From: Schmidtea polychroa
Lineage: Eukaryota
Assembly: GCA_044892525.1 (NCBI GenBank)
Contig: CM097885.1
Coordinates: forward strand, 6,946,001 to 7,010,000
Direction of reading: 5' to 3'
DNA: 64,000 nucleotides
Of this stretch, positions 24,770-38,968 are shown in pieces. A model generated the notes under the pieces. The model ran no database searches and was not told the DNA's origin. It worked only from the letters and a program-made list of their open reading frames with translations. Numbering within the stretch: the first letter of the stretch is position 1; each line of letters begins with the position of its first letter. The position numbers and the translations under genes were made by a program.

Positions 24770-25892
24770 TTATTTAATCAATTGGTTTTCAGATATCCAG
24801 CTAGGATGTTTATAACCATGCCATTTCACATAGTATTGTTTATATTTCCCGTCTGATTTAGATTTTAAAATCTCTTGAATTCTGAAGATTGTGGGTGATG
24901 GAATGACTTGCAGTTCTGGTTCGTAGAATATGCCACTGACTTGATCGTTTTCATTATCTGTAATAAAGTACATGACCGGATTTTGATTAGTATCTATTTT
25001 CGATATTTTAAAAACTTCATCACTCCAATTGTTATCAAAATTCTTGATGAATAGAGAAGCACTGATTTTACTTATTCTAACATGGTCTCCTACTTTATAT
25101 TTCGGCTTTTTTGTTTTTGATTTATCTTGTTGTGATATCCAAGTATCAATATTATTTGTTGAATAAATATCAATTGGTCTCATTCCATTTATTCCTCTAT
25201 GAGGTGAAAAATTGTAATTGTAAATTATTTTCGACAATACATTTATCCACGTTTTATTGCCTTGATATACAAAATATTTTTTCAAACGATCTGTTAAAGT
25301 ACGATTGAATCTTTCCACGTGTGCTGCTTTATATTGTGAAAATACTGAGTAATGATTTATTCCTTTGATAATTTCTTTAACTTTGCTATTATAAAATTCT
25401 TTACCTAAATTTAAAATTAATTGAAATTATTTAATTTATAATTTTACCCAAATCTGTTTGTAAATTACGAGGCTGTCCGTCAGCAAATAATGTTTTTAAT
25501 GCATCAGCTATTTCATTAGCTGATTTAGATTTTGTTGGGATAGCACGAGTGTATCTACTAAATACATCAATACATGTCAAAATATATTTGTATCCTTTAT
25601 TAATTTTTGAAAATGGAATCATTTCCATTAAATCCATTTGCCATAAATCATTAACACCAAATGTTTTATAAGATCTCGTGGGGAATCTTTTTAACATTGG
25701 TTTATTTAGACTGTACGCTAATTGATTAGATAACCATTTTTGAGTTTCTTTCTTTGATTTATTTACTCTTTTTGCAAGTTTTTCTACACCACCAAAACCA
25801 TCTGGATCTTTAGGGTTTGTCCAAATGGTTTTGAGTTTTTTCTCTAATATTTTTTTCTTTGATTTGACCTTTTTGGAAAATGTTTCCTTCAT
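24770..25892 (-). CDS. rve integrase with C-terminal chromodomain, spliced (intron 25405-25447)
   Basis: WQMDL, IDVFSR, QTDLG|KEFYN, VERFNRTL, YYVKWHGY..SWI. Confidence 0.88.
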
Positions 25893-25946
25893 TATTACAA
25901 CATGATGTTAATATATTTAAATCTAAATTATGTTTATCCGGTAATG

Positions 25947-26420
25947 ATGGATAGGGGTCCGCTAGATCACATACCCACCCCACCCCCACCCCTCTAGGGG
26001 AAATTTTTAAAATTCTTTTCAAGATCAAATTTTTTAATGTAAAGTTCATTTTTTTTATTTGAAATTCGAGAGTTCCCGACAAGAGATATTATTATTTGAA
26101 AATAAAGGTCTTTGAAACACACGGATTATTATTATATATAGTCCGAGTTTATCCGACAAGATATTCTGTCCCCCTATGGGTAATGGTCACAAGGGTACTG
26201 CTCACAAGGATATTATTAAACAAATCAATAAAACATACATTTATTTAAACAATAAAATAATTTAACAAGGGTTATGTAAATACAAAGTCATTTTATTATT
26301 ATGATTACTATTTTTAATAATATTACTATTATTACTATTACTACTATTATTATTATTATCATTTTTTATTTTTTATTATTATTATTATTATTAATATTAT
26401 TATTATAATTATTATTAATA
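25947..26420 (+). mobile_element. Clipped Maverick-type terminus and TIR fragment
   Basis: GATGGATAGGGGTCCGCTAGATCA is identical to the end at 27853 minus its first bases. Followed by GAGTTCCCG (also at ~36496), the shared ~90 bp motif and (TTA)n. Confidence 0.7.
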
Positions 26421-26908
26421 TTTGAAACAATCAAATGATAATTTAAGCCTTTTGCTGCAAATAATGTATTTAATGAAAGAATTTTCGACTATACGATAGT
26501 CCTTGTCAATCTCCTGGAATTTAGCAATGTTCTTCCCCAAAATACCTTTCAATCTTTCTTTTATTTCCTTTCTCTTAATTCTCATTGGTTGTAAATATAA
26601 TGAATTGTTTTACTAAAAACTTTTAAAATTTTTACATTTAAAATTTCAAAATGACCCAAACTCAAAATTTTTAAAATTTTTTACAGCTTCTATAATTAGC
26701 TTCTAGAAGCCTAATAAAATATTTGAAAATATTTTAAATAAAGCCTCCAATAACTACTTATATATGCTATTTAAATATTTCAATAAATGTGTCAATTTTG
26801 ATTTTCAAACCCTATTTTTTAAAATTTTTTTCTATATTATTCTAATTATTACTTTTTAATTTATTCTATTTTTTTAATTTCTTTATATATTGTCAGTCAA
26901 TGACAAGG

Positions 26909-27720
26909 TCAATGACAACAGATCAAATTCATGATTTCATTGATTTCTTCTTTAGTGTTGATCTTTGGCTGTCTGTTTATGATGAGAATTGCTTCTTTGA
27001 ATCTGACATTTTTCTTTTGGATGTTTCCATTAGCTATAATTTCTATTGAAATACTTTTTCTTTCCTCTGCTGCCCAATGAGGATGTTCCACCAGGATCTA
27101 GATGTTCTTTAACTCTTTGGTGCAAGGTCATGAGGGTACTTCCAATGTAGATTTCATTGCATACATTGCACGTGATGCAATAGACAATGTTTTTTCTAAA
27201 GCACATATCTTTCGGTGTCTGGTAGTTTTTCATTGTGCAATTGTTTTCTCTATTTATGTTGCCTGCCAGAGCCCTTCTCAATGTCTAAGATTCTTGTGCT
27301 ATCCGAATTGGAAGACCGGTACGTTTAAGTTCTTTCAGGATCTTGAAGTCGAGTATGTCACTGATGAATGGGATATTCAGAGAGAAATATTTCTGATTCT
27401 TTTGTGTTAATTCCCTATATCTTCTTGGAGTAGAAATCATTCTTTCAATGTCCTCACCTTGGTATCCGTTTCGGTGTAGGATCTTATTGAAATTTGATTG
27501 CTCTTTAAAGTTTTCATTTTTCTCCGTGCATCGATTGGATATTCTTCGTTTCTCGTTTCTTATGACATGTACTTTCTGTAAGTATGGAAGCGCTGATCTT
27601 TGGTGCATAAATATTTCTTTGCGAGCTGGTTTTCTGTAGAACCCATATGTTGGAGTATTTTCTTCTATTTTGATTCTCAAATCCAATAAATTGAGGGATC
27701 CATCTTCTTCCGGATATTCG
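26909..27720 (-). mobile_element. Penelope-like retroelement 3' remnant (RT thumb + GIY-YIG endonuclease)
   Basis: LLDLRI..YRKP..HQRSALP; NIVYCITCNVCNEIYIGST..RVKEH; FKEAILI..PKIN. Frame breaks present. Confidence 0.85.
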
Positions 27721-27852
27721 GATATAGGTGGTAAATGTTAGGAAGATCAGAATTTTTTGTGACGAAGCTGTTAGTTATTCTTTTGTTGAGCCTCATTTCC
27801 AATGCTATGGCTTTCTATACTTTGTTGATCTTCATTTCGATGGTGTTTGGTG

Positions 27853-28241
27853 AGTAGATGGATAGGGGTCCGCTAGATCAGGGGTCCGCTGGAAAAAAAA
27901 ATATTCCTGAAATTTTTATGAAAATGCTGAAAATTATGAAAATGTTCCTGAAATTAATATGAAAATGTTGAAAATTATGAAAAATATGAAAATGTTTCTG
28001 AAAATAATTATGAAAATGTTGAAAATCACGAAATGTTCCTGAAAATTATGAAAATCTTTCTGAAGATAATTATGATAAATCTGAAAATTATGTCAAATAT
28101 GAATATGTTCCTGAAAATTATGTTGAAATTAATAAGTTGTTATGAAAATAATTATTGAATAGAAATAATACTTTGAAAATATTAATTGTCAAACATAGTT
28201 TGCATTGAGCACGCAACTACTCTCTTTGATAATAATAATAC

Positions 28242-28319
<78 letters not shown>

Positions 28320-30195
28320 TGATAATAATATTTATGATATCTCCCATATTTTATACCTCTGATAATAATAATATTACAATAAATTATATATGTATTCCGA
28401 TTATTATGCCGTTTTATAATTATTATGCGATAAAAATGGCTTAAGAATTGTTTATAAAGACATTAAATATAAATGCAATATTTTATTAATATTTAAATCT
28501 ATTTGATATATATTTATAATTCATCAGGTAAATTATACCCACGCTACTGCATGTCATCAAATGATCATACAAATATATGCCATAAAAATATGAAAAAATA
28601 CTACGGCCATAGATTCTATGGCATCAACTACTTTATATGTCCAATATGCGAGACTTCCCAAAGCATTAAATATATAGAGTTTTATAATATTCACAAATCA
28701 CATTTAAATCGGTTCTCTTTAAATAAAAAGAAATTGTTTATTAAAATACAACAATCAACACATAATACTACAAAACACCTAAATACAAAACCTATAAATT
28801 ATAATACAAAACATGTAAATAATAATGTAAATAATACTAATCTAAATACTAAAATAAATAATATTCTAAATAATAAAGAGCCTGCTGTTAGTTTTAGGTA
28901 TTGTGTTCCCTCTACAATTACTAAAATATATCAAATAAGTGATTTGAATAATATTCAAATAGGTGGTTCAGTAAATAATTAGATAGGCGGTTCGATCGAC
29001 ATTGACGACGAACCTGAAATTGAGATAGATTTTAAGGGTGCACGAAAAAATTTACGATTTAATGTCGATAAAGATAACTTGGTACAAGTTTTCATTACAA
29101 ATAAGATGACAAATAAATTAATTTCCGAAATAAACGGTATGGGCACAGTTAAAATTCAGTTCACCGTTTTAATCCAGTTTGAGAAAGATGGGGAAATTAG
29201 AGATAATTTTTTCTCTAATAATGCAGAGGTTTTTTCAGATAATTTTTTAATGAATGGAATCACCAGATTAAATAATAAAATTGAAAAATTCACATATTTG
29301 GGTAGCGGATGGCGGGTGGTTAAAATCAAAGAGATAGATTTTATCTTAACTAAATATACACATATGAATAGGCAAGCTGGACATAGTTATATACCCACCC
29401 CATCAGCTTTAAATTCTAAAAAAGCAATAGTAAACGTCAAAAACACCGACGATATGTGCTTTATATATAGTATTTTAGCACTTTTAAAACGTAATGTTGT
29501 ACATATAAATAGAAATAGAGTTAGTTCCCATGAAAATTATCTTGACGAGTTAAATTTTGACCCTATAAGTGATTGTCCCATGAAATTGTGCGACATCCCT
29601 AAATTTGAAAGGAAAAATAAGGATTTAAATCTATCAATAAATGTTTTAATTTATAAAAAGACCCCAGCTAAGCCTTATGAAAATGTAATTGACGATAATT
29701 ATATTCCACATCATCCTCAATTAGATATTATTCACCGATCTAAGGTTATAGGTGGTGAACCCATATACTTACTTTTATTAGAAGACGGTGATAATTTCCA
29801 TTATACCGCAGTTTTTAACTTACAAAAATTAATGAACTCACACCCTAACAGTGAATGCAGTGTTAAAATTAGAGTGAACTGGTGTCCCCATTGTCTCAAT
29901 GGTTTTCGACATGAAAAAGCATTTAACGTACATGTTGCACTATGCAAAAAGAACCAGATAGGTACTATTTTATATACCATACCTAAAGAGAAAAATTTAA
30001 TTTTTCAAAATTATGCGAAGACCATAATTCCACCATTCGTGGTATATGCCGATTTTGAGGCAATCTTGCCTGAAGACATCACCCATCACCAAAAACATAT
30101 GCCAATAACAGCAGGCATGTTATTAATTAATAATTATAATAATACTAGATTTTATTATGAGTTTGTTGGTGATGATTGTGCGTTGTCTTTCTTGC
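27853..30195 (+). mobile_element. Maverick fragment D: terminus plus 5' half of pPolB
   Basis: Starts AGTAGATGGATAG. ORFs 28503-28982 and 29079 onward are in one frame with a single TAG and are homologous to the N-terminus of 40013-43102 (VKNTDD.CF.YSILA, PPFVVYADFEA). Confidence 0.88.
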
Positions 30196-30199
30196 GTAA

Positions 30200-30942
30200 C
30201 CATTTCCTCATTCAATTCTTCTATTTCTGCTCTGTTCTCCGCCTCTTTCCTTTCAATATTGCACAATTTCACCTACAATCATAAATATCAATTAAATTAA
30301 TTACAAATAAAATTTACATTGATATTATCAACTTGTTGTTTGAATTGCGTCATTTCTCCTTTCAATTCGATAATTTCGTTACGCAATTTCATATTCTCAT
30401 CTCATTGCTTGCATCTCATTGCATAAATTACTGATCTGATCAATCAATAATTTGCTGTGGCCTTCATTGTTCTCATTGAGATGGGCTTTCATTTCGTCTT
30501 TTACCACCTCATTCATTTCACATCCAATTCTATTGAATGGGCATCTGATTGGCTACTTGTTGCATGTTCTTATATGGCTCTCCATCATGCACAACTCGGT
30601 TTTGAATTCACAATTTTGCATTGGACATTTTACAATGACTTCAGATATTTTTAAATTCACTGAATGATCCACAGAAAATTCTTTAGTGAAAAGAATCGTT
30701 AGAACTTCACAATATTTTGCTGCTCCTGGACAGAATTTATCTTTTCCTTCCAAATAATGCTCAATGCAATCAGAACAAAAGTGACACCCGCAAGGAGCTT
30801 GGCAAGCTTTTATCATTAAACATTTGCAAATTCTGCACATCAATTCATTGCTGATTTCATTATCAAATTCAAATTTATTTCTCTTCATCATTTCCCATAT
30901 GCTTGAAAACATTTTATCTAAAATTAACAAAATTTTCAACAT
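30200..30942 (-). pseudogene. TRAF-like RING/zinc-finger host pseudogene
   Basis: CRICKCL..PCGCHFCSDC..FCPG RING; VKCP..C..H..C; after an in-frame TAG, PIRCPFNRIGC. Confidence 0.75.
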
Positions 30943-32904
30943 TTAACAATTTTCACAAATCATACTTATTATATTAATTATTTCCTCTGACGTTTACAAT
31001 TTCAATATTTATAATTTGTATTTTAATGTAGATAAACAAACAATTTATAAGTATTTCAGCTTCGAGCGTAATTTGAAATTTTATTAATGTTAATTTTCAT
31101 TGTTTTTTTGTTTGTTTGAAATCTTACAAAATTATTTAAATTAAAATTTGATAACAAAAAGTAAAATTTTGATGGAAATTTAAATAACAGAAAATCAAAA
31201 TTAAAAATAGGTCAAAATATAAAAATTAATATTTTTCATAAAAAATTAAAATTAAAAAATATTAATTTAAAGAATTTTATCTAAATTTAGAATTTATTTG
31301 AACAGATTAGAAAGAAATTCAAAATCATCAGAGCAAAAATAGAAATTTAACAAAAAATCAATATTGTTAATTCAAATACTTTTTAACAAAATAAAAAAAA
31401 ATTTCATTCAATTTTTAAAGAAAAAGATTTGAATAAAATTTTACTCTGTAACGCTAAGCAGGTTAATAATGTATTCAGGAATTATGGGGTTTTAGCCTTT
31501 GATCTAATGATCTCGTTATGGTTATAAATATTGGGAATGATCCACAATTGGATAAGGATATTTCAATGATCCAAATATTAGAATAGAGTAAAATAAATAA
31601 ATCAATAAACCTAATATGTGAAAATGTTAAAAATCGAAATATTTTGTCAGACTCGAATGTTTCAAATCAATAATTGTGAAAATAAATAAATTATTAAAAC
31701 ATTCATAAATCATAATTATAAATAATAATTATTTCCTCTTAATTTTGAAATTTCTATATTTAAAATGTTTTTATAGATAAACAAATATTTTATAAATATT
31801 GGTTTTTTAATGTTAATTTTTCAGTGTTTTTCGAATTTATTTGTAACTTAATTTCCAAAATTTTTGTAAAAAAATAAAATTAATATTTTTTAAAATCTAA
31901 GAAAATTATTTAAATCAATATTGTTATTGAAATTTAAATGTTATTGAAAATATTTTTTAATATGAAAATGCAAATTTTTAAAAAGATTTTGACTACAAAA
32001 TGGCTACGTCTAGGAGCGGAAGGAGATGAAATGTGCCCAAATGTCATTTATAAGTTAAGCAAACAATCCAACAAACCATAATTAATAACCACCAGAATCT
32101 GTGGGATCAATTGAAGAAAAATACGAGATTTATTCATGTGCATCCAACAGTAAGGTTATACTGTTATTTATGGATTTTATATTTATGCAAATTTCTTTAA
32201 TTTTTACATTTTACTTCCTTGAATTCATAAAATTAATAATTTTCACTAGAGCAGGTCACAGGCATTGAGAGAAGTGAAACATTTAGGTTACGAAACGAAC
32301 TCATATCATGACCAGAAATTCCGAATTTTTTTATTAATGATATAAAAATGTAACTAAAATTTAGTTTTGAATTTCAGAGTGAGTTGAGTTAGAATCGTAT
32401 GACAATATGAAACCCAGGAATTGTTCACTGAGACGCAGAAAATATATGCCAAGAAAGAGTTTAGACTAGAAGAGAGTGAGTTAGATATTGATGGCAGCGG
32501 CGTTAACATCAATCAGGAATGAGTGGCGCAACTACTGTGATAGCTGATATAGCCGTGCTGTGGGGCCCGACCGACCATAAAATCCAAAAATTATGACGAG
32601 TTTAGCACGGGCAGTCAGTCAGAAGGACGTGATGAGATGCAATAAATTTCTAGTTACGAAATTAACATTATTGACATTACAAACGAAATTCGATTGTTGT
32701 TTAGCTGTTCTTCATAATATATTATGAATATGTTCTTACTGTACATCCTGTTTTGTGCGTAACATGAAGTCAATTGTTTATTTGGTAAATGCCTGTTATA
32801 CGATGTTTTAAATTAATTAAAAACTCATTAAAATGTTTAAAAGTGCACGCTTCAAATTGATTTTATAAATGTTCAAGGATTAGTAAACTGTAATAAAACA
32901 AAAG

Positions 32905-33378
32905 CGCTGCAACCTGTTACTTTTTTCAACGTTGTATTTCCAAATGTATTTCTCTTTAGATTTCTCCTTTTTTCCTAATAAAATACTTCGAAAGTGACCT
33001 CATTTAATGTTTTACAGGATGAACATCCTAATAGAGAGCATTGATAAATATAAATCTGATCAAGAAAACAAAAGATATAATTGAATTTGTTTATCTTCTG
33101 GTTGTGCTCACAAAAATTTTTCAAAGTGTGAATATTATATCAAAAATTGCTCTAGGCTGATAAAATTGACTTAATGAGTGTTTGAACTCTGCTTAAAATT
33201 ATGTTTGAACTCATGTCAGCATTCAGGAACAATTCAAATGAATACTATATTGCCAAGGAAATGGCAGTCTCTCTTGCCCACCAATGGTGTGTAGAGACAT
33301 ATTTTGGCTTACCGGTTTAGAGGAATGCGGGTTGTGGTAAATAAATTTGGCATACGGCCATCACAGATGATGATCTAT
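32905..33378 (+). repeat. Internally deleted copy of the hAT-like remnant at 55179-56100
   Basis: Near-identical to 55179-55277 and 55751-56099. Confidence 0.85.
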
Positions 33379-33622
33379 AGTAGGTAGATAGTGGCCCACT
33401 GCCGCAACCCTCCCTCCCCCTTGCGGCATGTATTTTTTTGCGGCAACTTTTTTATTACGCAATTTTTCAGACTATAGTGAGGGGGTCTCGATGGTCCTGG
33501 GATTTTCAATACAAAAGGCGGTTTTCAATAAAAAAGCGTGGTAATTTAAGGTCTCAGGATATTTTCAATACAAAAAGCTGGTCTACACTAAAAAAGCATG
33601 GATTTTTCTAGGTCAATTCAGG
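33379..33622. mobile_element. Short Maverick left end interrupted by a second end
   Basis: AGTAGGTAGATAGTGGCCC terminus plus TTTTCAGACTATAGTGA/GATGGTCCTG repeats. Confidence 0.8.
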
Positions 33623-34645
33623 AGTAGGTAGTTAGGAGCCCGCTGCAGCAATAGGGGGGGGGGTAAAATATTTTGCAAAATTTTGATTGCATAATTTTTG
33701 CCGTAGACATTTTTTGATTACATAATTGCTGCCATACGCTCCAATGTTTTTTTTCTGGGATATTAAATACAAAAATTTTTTTTTTCAATAAACAAGCCAA
33801 GGATAAATATTATTTGGGTGGGTCTCCTTGGTTCTGAGAATTTCAATAGAAAAACGTAGTCTTCAATAAAAAAGCATGGATTTTTCAGACTATAGTGAGG
33901 GGTCTTCTTGGTCCTGAGAATTTCAATAGAAAAGGTGGTTTACCTTAAAAACGCATAGTAAATTTTTAAAATAAAGCCAATTATGGGTCTAAAAATTAAA
34001 TTACAGTAAATTATAGGTTAAGATTTTTAAATTAAAGTAAATCAAGGTTCAGATTTTTTTTTGAATTAAAATAAATTATGGGCTCAAATTTTTGAACTAC
34101 AGTAAATTATGGGCTAAGATTTTTGAATTAAAGTAATGAATGGGCTCAAATAACTAAATTAAGGTTCAAATTTTTAAATTAAAGTAAATAATGGTTCAAA
34201 ATTTAAAATTAAAGTTAATTAAGGGCTCAACTAAGTAAATTAAGGTTCAAATTTTTAAATTAAAGTAAATAATGGTTCTAAAAAATTAAAATAAAGTAAA
34301 TTAAGGTCCTAAGAAATTAAATTAAAGTAATGAATGGGCACAAATAACTAAATTAAGGTTCTAAAAAATTAAATTAATTAAGTTAATTAAGGTCCAAATT
34401 TTAAAATAAAGTAATCAATGGTAAAAAATTAAAGTTAAATAAGTAAATTAAAGTAAGATTTTTAAATTTATTAACAAAATAATAGTAGGTGTTTGAGAGT
34501 TGAAATTTTTTAATGAAAATTTTTATGAAATAATTTTTTAAGTAATTTTTAATAGAAATTTTAATGAAATATTTTCAATGGTAATTTTTAATGGAAATTT
34601 TTATAGAATAATTTTTAAGATAAGTTTTAATGAAAATTTTTATGA

Positions 34646-34713
<68 letters not shown>

Positions 34714-36148
34714 TAATAATAATAATATATCAACCAAATACTATACAACACATAAAAAATTAACTAAACACATAAAAATAACTAGACACATAACAAACAT
34801 AAAAATTTACCAAACAAATAACAAATGTAAAGATATAAACTTTTATTTAAATAAAAATTAGTCCTCATCAGACAAAATAACGTCATCGATATCGATATCA
34901 TCTTCTCCAAAATCTTCTCCAACTTCTGCTTCATTAAATTCTTCCTCATCTTCTCCATCAAATTCTTCTCCAACATCTTCTCCAACATTTACTCCAACAT
35001 TTTCTCCAACAATTTCTCCAATATTTAATCCACTTAATCTTACATGCCATATGCAAGACTAGTATTTTTCCCCACCCAAACCCTTTTGTCATCTTTGTTA
35101 GTAAGTGCTATTTTTGTGTTTTTAATTGTAAAAATTTGATGATTTTTGCTTGTTATTTTAGTCTGAGGAACCGAAAAAATCTGGTTAGTGTTATAACAAT
35201 CCAGGTATGACTGATGTTTTATGTCACTACCTTTCAATGTTACACCTTTAGCCTTTTTTGTTTCCTCATCACCCAACAAGCTATAACATTTAGGTCTAAG
35301 AAAAACCCATTCCTTATATTTAAGACCTTTATTCTCGTCTTTGAACTTTCCAATGACAGAATCAAGGTTCTTACTATATAAGGAATGACAACTATTGTAA
35401 TTGGAAGTATCTAATAAATTATCTCGAATCATTGCAGTTAAAAGAACCTCAAGTTTACAATTAATGACTTCGAGGAAAAAAGAATCTGTATCACCTGCGA
35501 CGATATTAATTTTACAATTAAACTCATTGCGAAATGATTCCAGATCCTTATATTGCAATTCATACATTCTAAGTTTAGATAAATCAAGTACAGATTGACC
35601 AATGTAACTTGGTCTATCTAAACATATAGAATCTGAATTCAATAATGCAGCGATTAAATTATCATCTATTTTAATTGATTTTTTAAAAGTAGGCTTTGAC
35701 GAATATTTAACTAATTTACCGGCAGCTGTACAAAGACGAAGATTCATTCTTCTCTTTAAATTTTCAACTGTTTTACCGTATAAACTATTATTTAGCAATT
35801 TATAATAATTTTTATCCAAGTTATTTATACTTTTTGATCTTAAATCAGTATTTGTATCAATGTATTTTTTAAAAATTGGAGATTGCTTAAATCTTACACC
35901 CTATTTACACGTGTTACTTTAACACCAAGTTCCAAATATAATTTTAATAATCTCCAATGAATCACATAATTAGATTTTGGAAGATGAGTTATTAATAATT
36001 TTTCAACCTTAGACCCAGCAGGTTTCATTTTTTCAGCAGCTACAGGGAAATCATCCAACTTATCATGAAGCTCAGAAGGAATTACAAGATCAACTTCAAG
36101 AGTGTATCCATAAGACAAAGATTCAAGATTTAAATTCCTACATTCATC
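33623..36148. mobile_element. Family-C Maverick fragment (TIR + 3' pPolB), truncated by element C
   Basis: AGTAGGTAGTTAG terminus, paralogous to 57837. pPolB 3' part on minus strand at ~34858-36148. Confidence 0.9.
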
Positions 36149-36684
36149 AGTAGAGGGATAGCGGCCCACTAAACCAGCGGCCCTCTAGGACAAAGACATA
36201 CCCCCTCCCCTCCCCCGCCATTTTATTTTTTTTTCAAGGTCAAATTTTAAACAAAGACATATGACTCATCAAGGTCACTGAAACAAAGACCATGACTCAC
36301 CCGATGACTCATTCAAGGTCATATGACTCATCCGATGCCTCATTCAAGGTCATATGACTCACCCAATGACTCATTCAAGGTCATATGACTCATCCGACGA
36401 CTCATTCAAGGTCATATGACTCATCCGATGACTCATTCAAGGTCATATGACTCATCCGATGAGTCATGCTAAATTTTTTAAAATTTAAATTCTCAGAGTT
36501 CCCGCCAATGGTTTTTTATTATTTAATAGCTCATTCGAAAGATATTTGAATGGTGAGTATTTGAGACCATCGAAGGTCTATGGAGGTTCAATAACCTTCA
36601 AAGAGTTCAATGGTATTGGTTACACTCAACAGCTCACAAGGGTATTATTATTACTATTATTATAATTATTATTATAATTATTAA

Positions 36685-36778
<94 letters not shown>

Positions 36779-36818
36779 ATTATTAATATTATTTTTATTG
36801 TTATTATTATTATTATTA

Positions 36819-36909
<91 letters not shown>

Positions 36910-36917
36910 TTTATTAC

Positions 36918-36997
<80 letters not shown>

Positions 36998-38853
36998 TTT
37001 ATTTAAAAAATGTTTAAACTTGAAAACTATCACATGTTTTCAAAATAATAATAAAAATACAAATATTAAAATTATTATTACGATTATACTGCTGCCGTAA
37101 TTTTTTTGCTGCAACTTTTGATTACGCAATTTTTCAGACTATAGTGAAGGGGTCTCGATGGTCCTGGAATTTTCAATACAAAAAAATTTTTTCAATACAA
37201 AAACGATGGTCCTGGAATTTTCAATACAAAAAAATTTTTTCTATACAAAAACGATGGTCCTGGGATTTTCAATACAAAAAAATTTTTTCTATACAAAAAC
37301 GATGGTCCTGGGATTTTCAATACAAATAAAATTTTTTCAATACAAAAAGGTGGTCTCACTAAAAAAGCATGGATTTTTCAGACTATAGTGAGGTGAGTCT
37401 CTTGGTCCTGGGATTTTCAATACAAAAAAAAATTTTTCTATACAAAAACGATGGTCCTGGGATTTTCAATACAAAAAAAAATTTTTCTATACAAAAATCC
37501 GACTACCAATAAAAAAGCATGGATTATTCACGCTATAGTGAAGGGGTCTCGATGGTCCTGGGATTTTCAATACAAATAAATTTTTTTCAATAGAAAAAGG
37601 TGGTCTAATCTAAAAAAGCCAAGGATTTTTCAGACTATAGTGAGGCGGTCTCGATGGTCCTGAGATTTTCAATACAAATAAAATTTTTTCAATACAAAAA
37701 CGATGGTCCTGGGATTTTCAATACAAATAAAATTTTTTCAATAGAAAAAGGTGGTCTACACTAAAAAAGCCAAGGATTTTTCAGACTATAGTGAGGGGGT
37801 CTCGATGGTCCTGAGAAATAGGTGGTCTACACTAAAAAAGCCAAGGATTTTTCAGACTATAGTGAGGCGGTCTCGATGGTCCTGAGATTTTCAATACAAA
37901 TAAAATTTTTTCAATACAAAAACGATGGTCCTGGAATTTTCAATACAAATAAAATTTTTTCAATACAAAAACGATGGTCCTGGGATTTTCAATACAAATA
38001 AAATTTTTTCAATAGAAAAAGGTGGTCTACACTAAAAAGCCAAGGATTTTTCAGACTATAGTGAGGTGAGTCTCCTTGGTCCTGAGAAATAGGTGGTCTA
38101 CACTAAAAAACGTGTTAAATTTTTCAATTAAAGTAAATAATGGTTCTAAAAAATTAAATTAAAGTAAATAATGGTCCTAAAAAATTAAATTATAGTAAAT
38201 AATGGTCCAAATTTTAAAATTAAAGTAAATTATGGTCCTAAAAAATTAAATTAAATAATGGTCCTAAAAAATTAAATCAAAGTAAATTATGGTCCTAAAA
38301 ATTTAATTAAGGTCCTAAAAATTAAATTAAAGTAAATTAAGGTTCTAAAAATTAAATTAAAGTAAATAATGGTCCAAATTTTTCAATTAAAGTAAATAAT
38401 GGTCCTAAAAATTAAATTAAAGTAAATTAAGGTTCTAAATTTTAAATTAAAGTAAATTAAGGTTCTAAAAAATTAAATTAAAGTTAATTAAGGTCTAAAT
38501 TTTTAAATTAAGTAATCAATGGTAAAAAATTTTAAATAAGTAAATTAAAGTAATAATTTTTAAATTAAGTAATCAATGGTAAAAAAAAAAATTTAAATAA
38601 GTAAATTAAAGTAAGATTTTAAAATTTATTAACAAAAAATAGAAGGTGTTTGAGAATTGAAATTTTTTAATGAAAATTTTTATGGAATAATTTTTTTAAG
38701 TAATTTTTTAATGGAAATTTTTATGGAATAATTTTTTTTTAAGTAATTTTTAATGGAAATTTTTATGAAATATTTTTCAACGATAAATTTAGATGGAAAA
38801 ATTTAAGATAATTTCAATGAAATATTTTTCAAAGTCAAATGAAAATTTAAATG

Positions 38854-38894
<41 letters not shown>

Positions 38895-38968
38895 TATCAA
38901 CCAAATACATAAAAATGAACTAGACACATAAAAATCTACCAAATAACAAATGTAAAGATATAAAATTT
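36149..38968. repeat. Left TIR (~2.8 kb): 31-bp, (TTA)n, ~42-bp and ~27-bp arrays
   Basis: Reverse complement of 52331-55178 apart from repeat-number differences. Confidence 0.9.

Larger units (their letters stand above)
20983..25946. mobile_element. Decaying internal fragment of a family-C Maverick (element B)
   Basis: Collinear with 43280-50230 but with one penton, deletions and stops. Confidence 0.9.

Noticed and set aside
31990..32640. Exon-like, more GC-rich segments with splice-like signals
   Set aside because: No consistent reading frame or recognisable domain.
36798..37388. Poly-Y/L/I/N ORFs and repeat-derived ORFs (also 76-856, 28205, 34578, 44346-44595, 53428-54483)
   Set aside because: They are translations of (TAA)n microsatellites or TIR tandem repeats.
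36290..38110. CRISPR-like appearance of the 31-bp and ~42-bp arrays
   Set aside because: No unique spacers, no cas genes, eukaryotic context.
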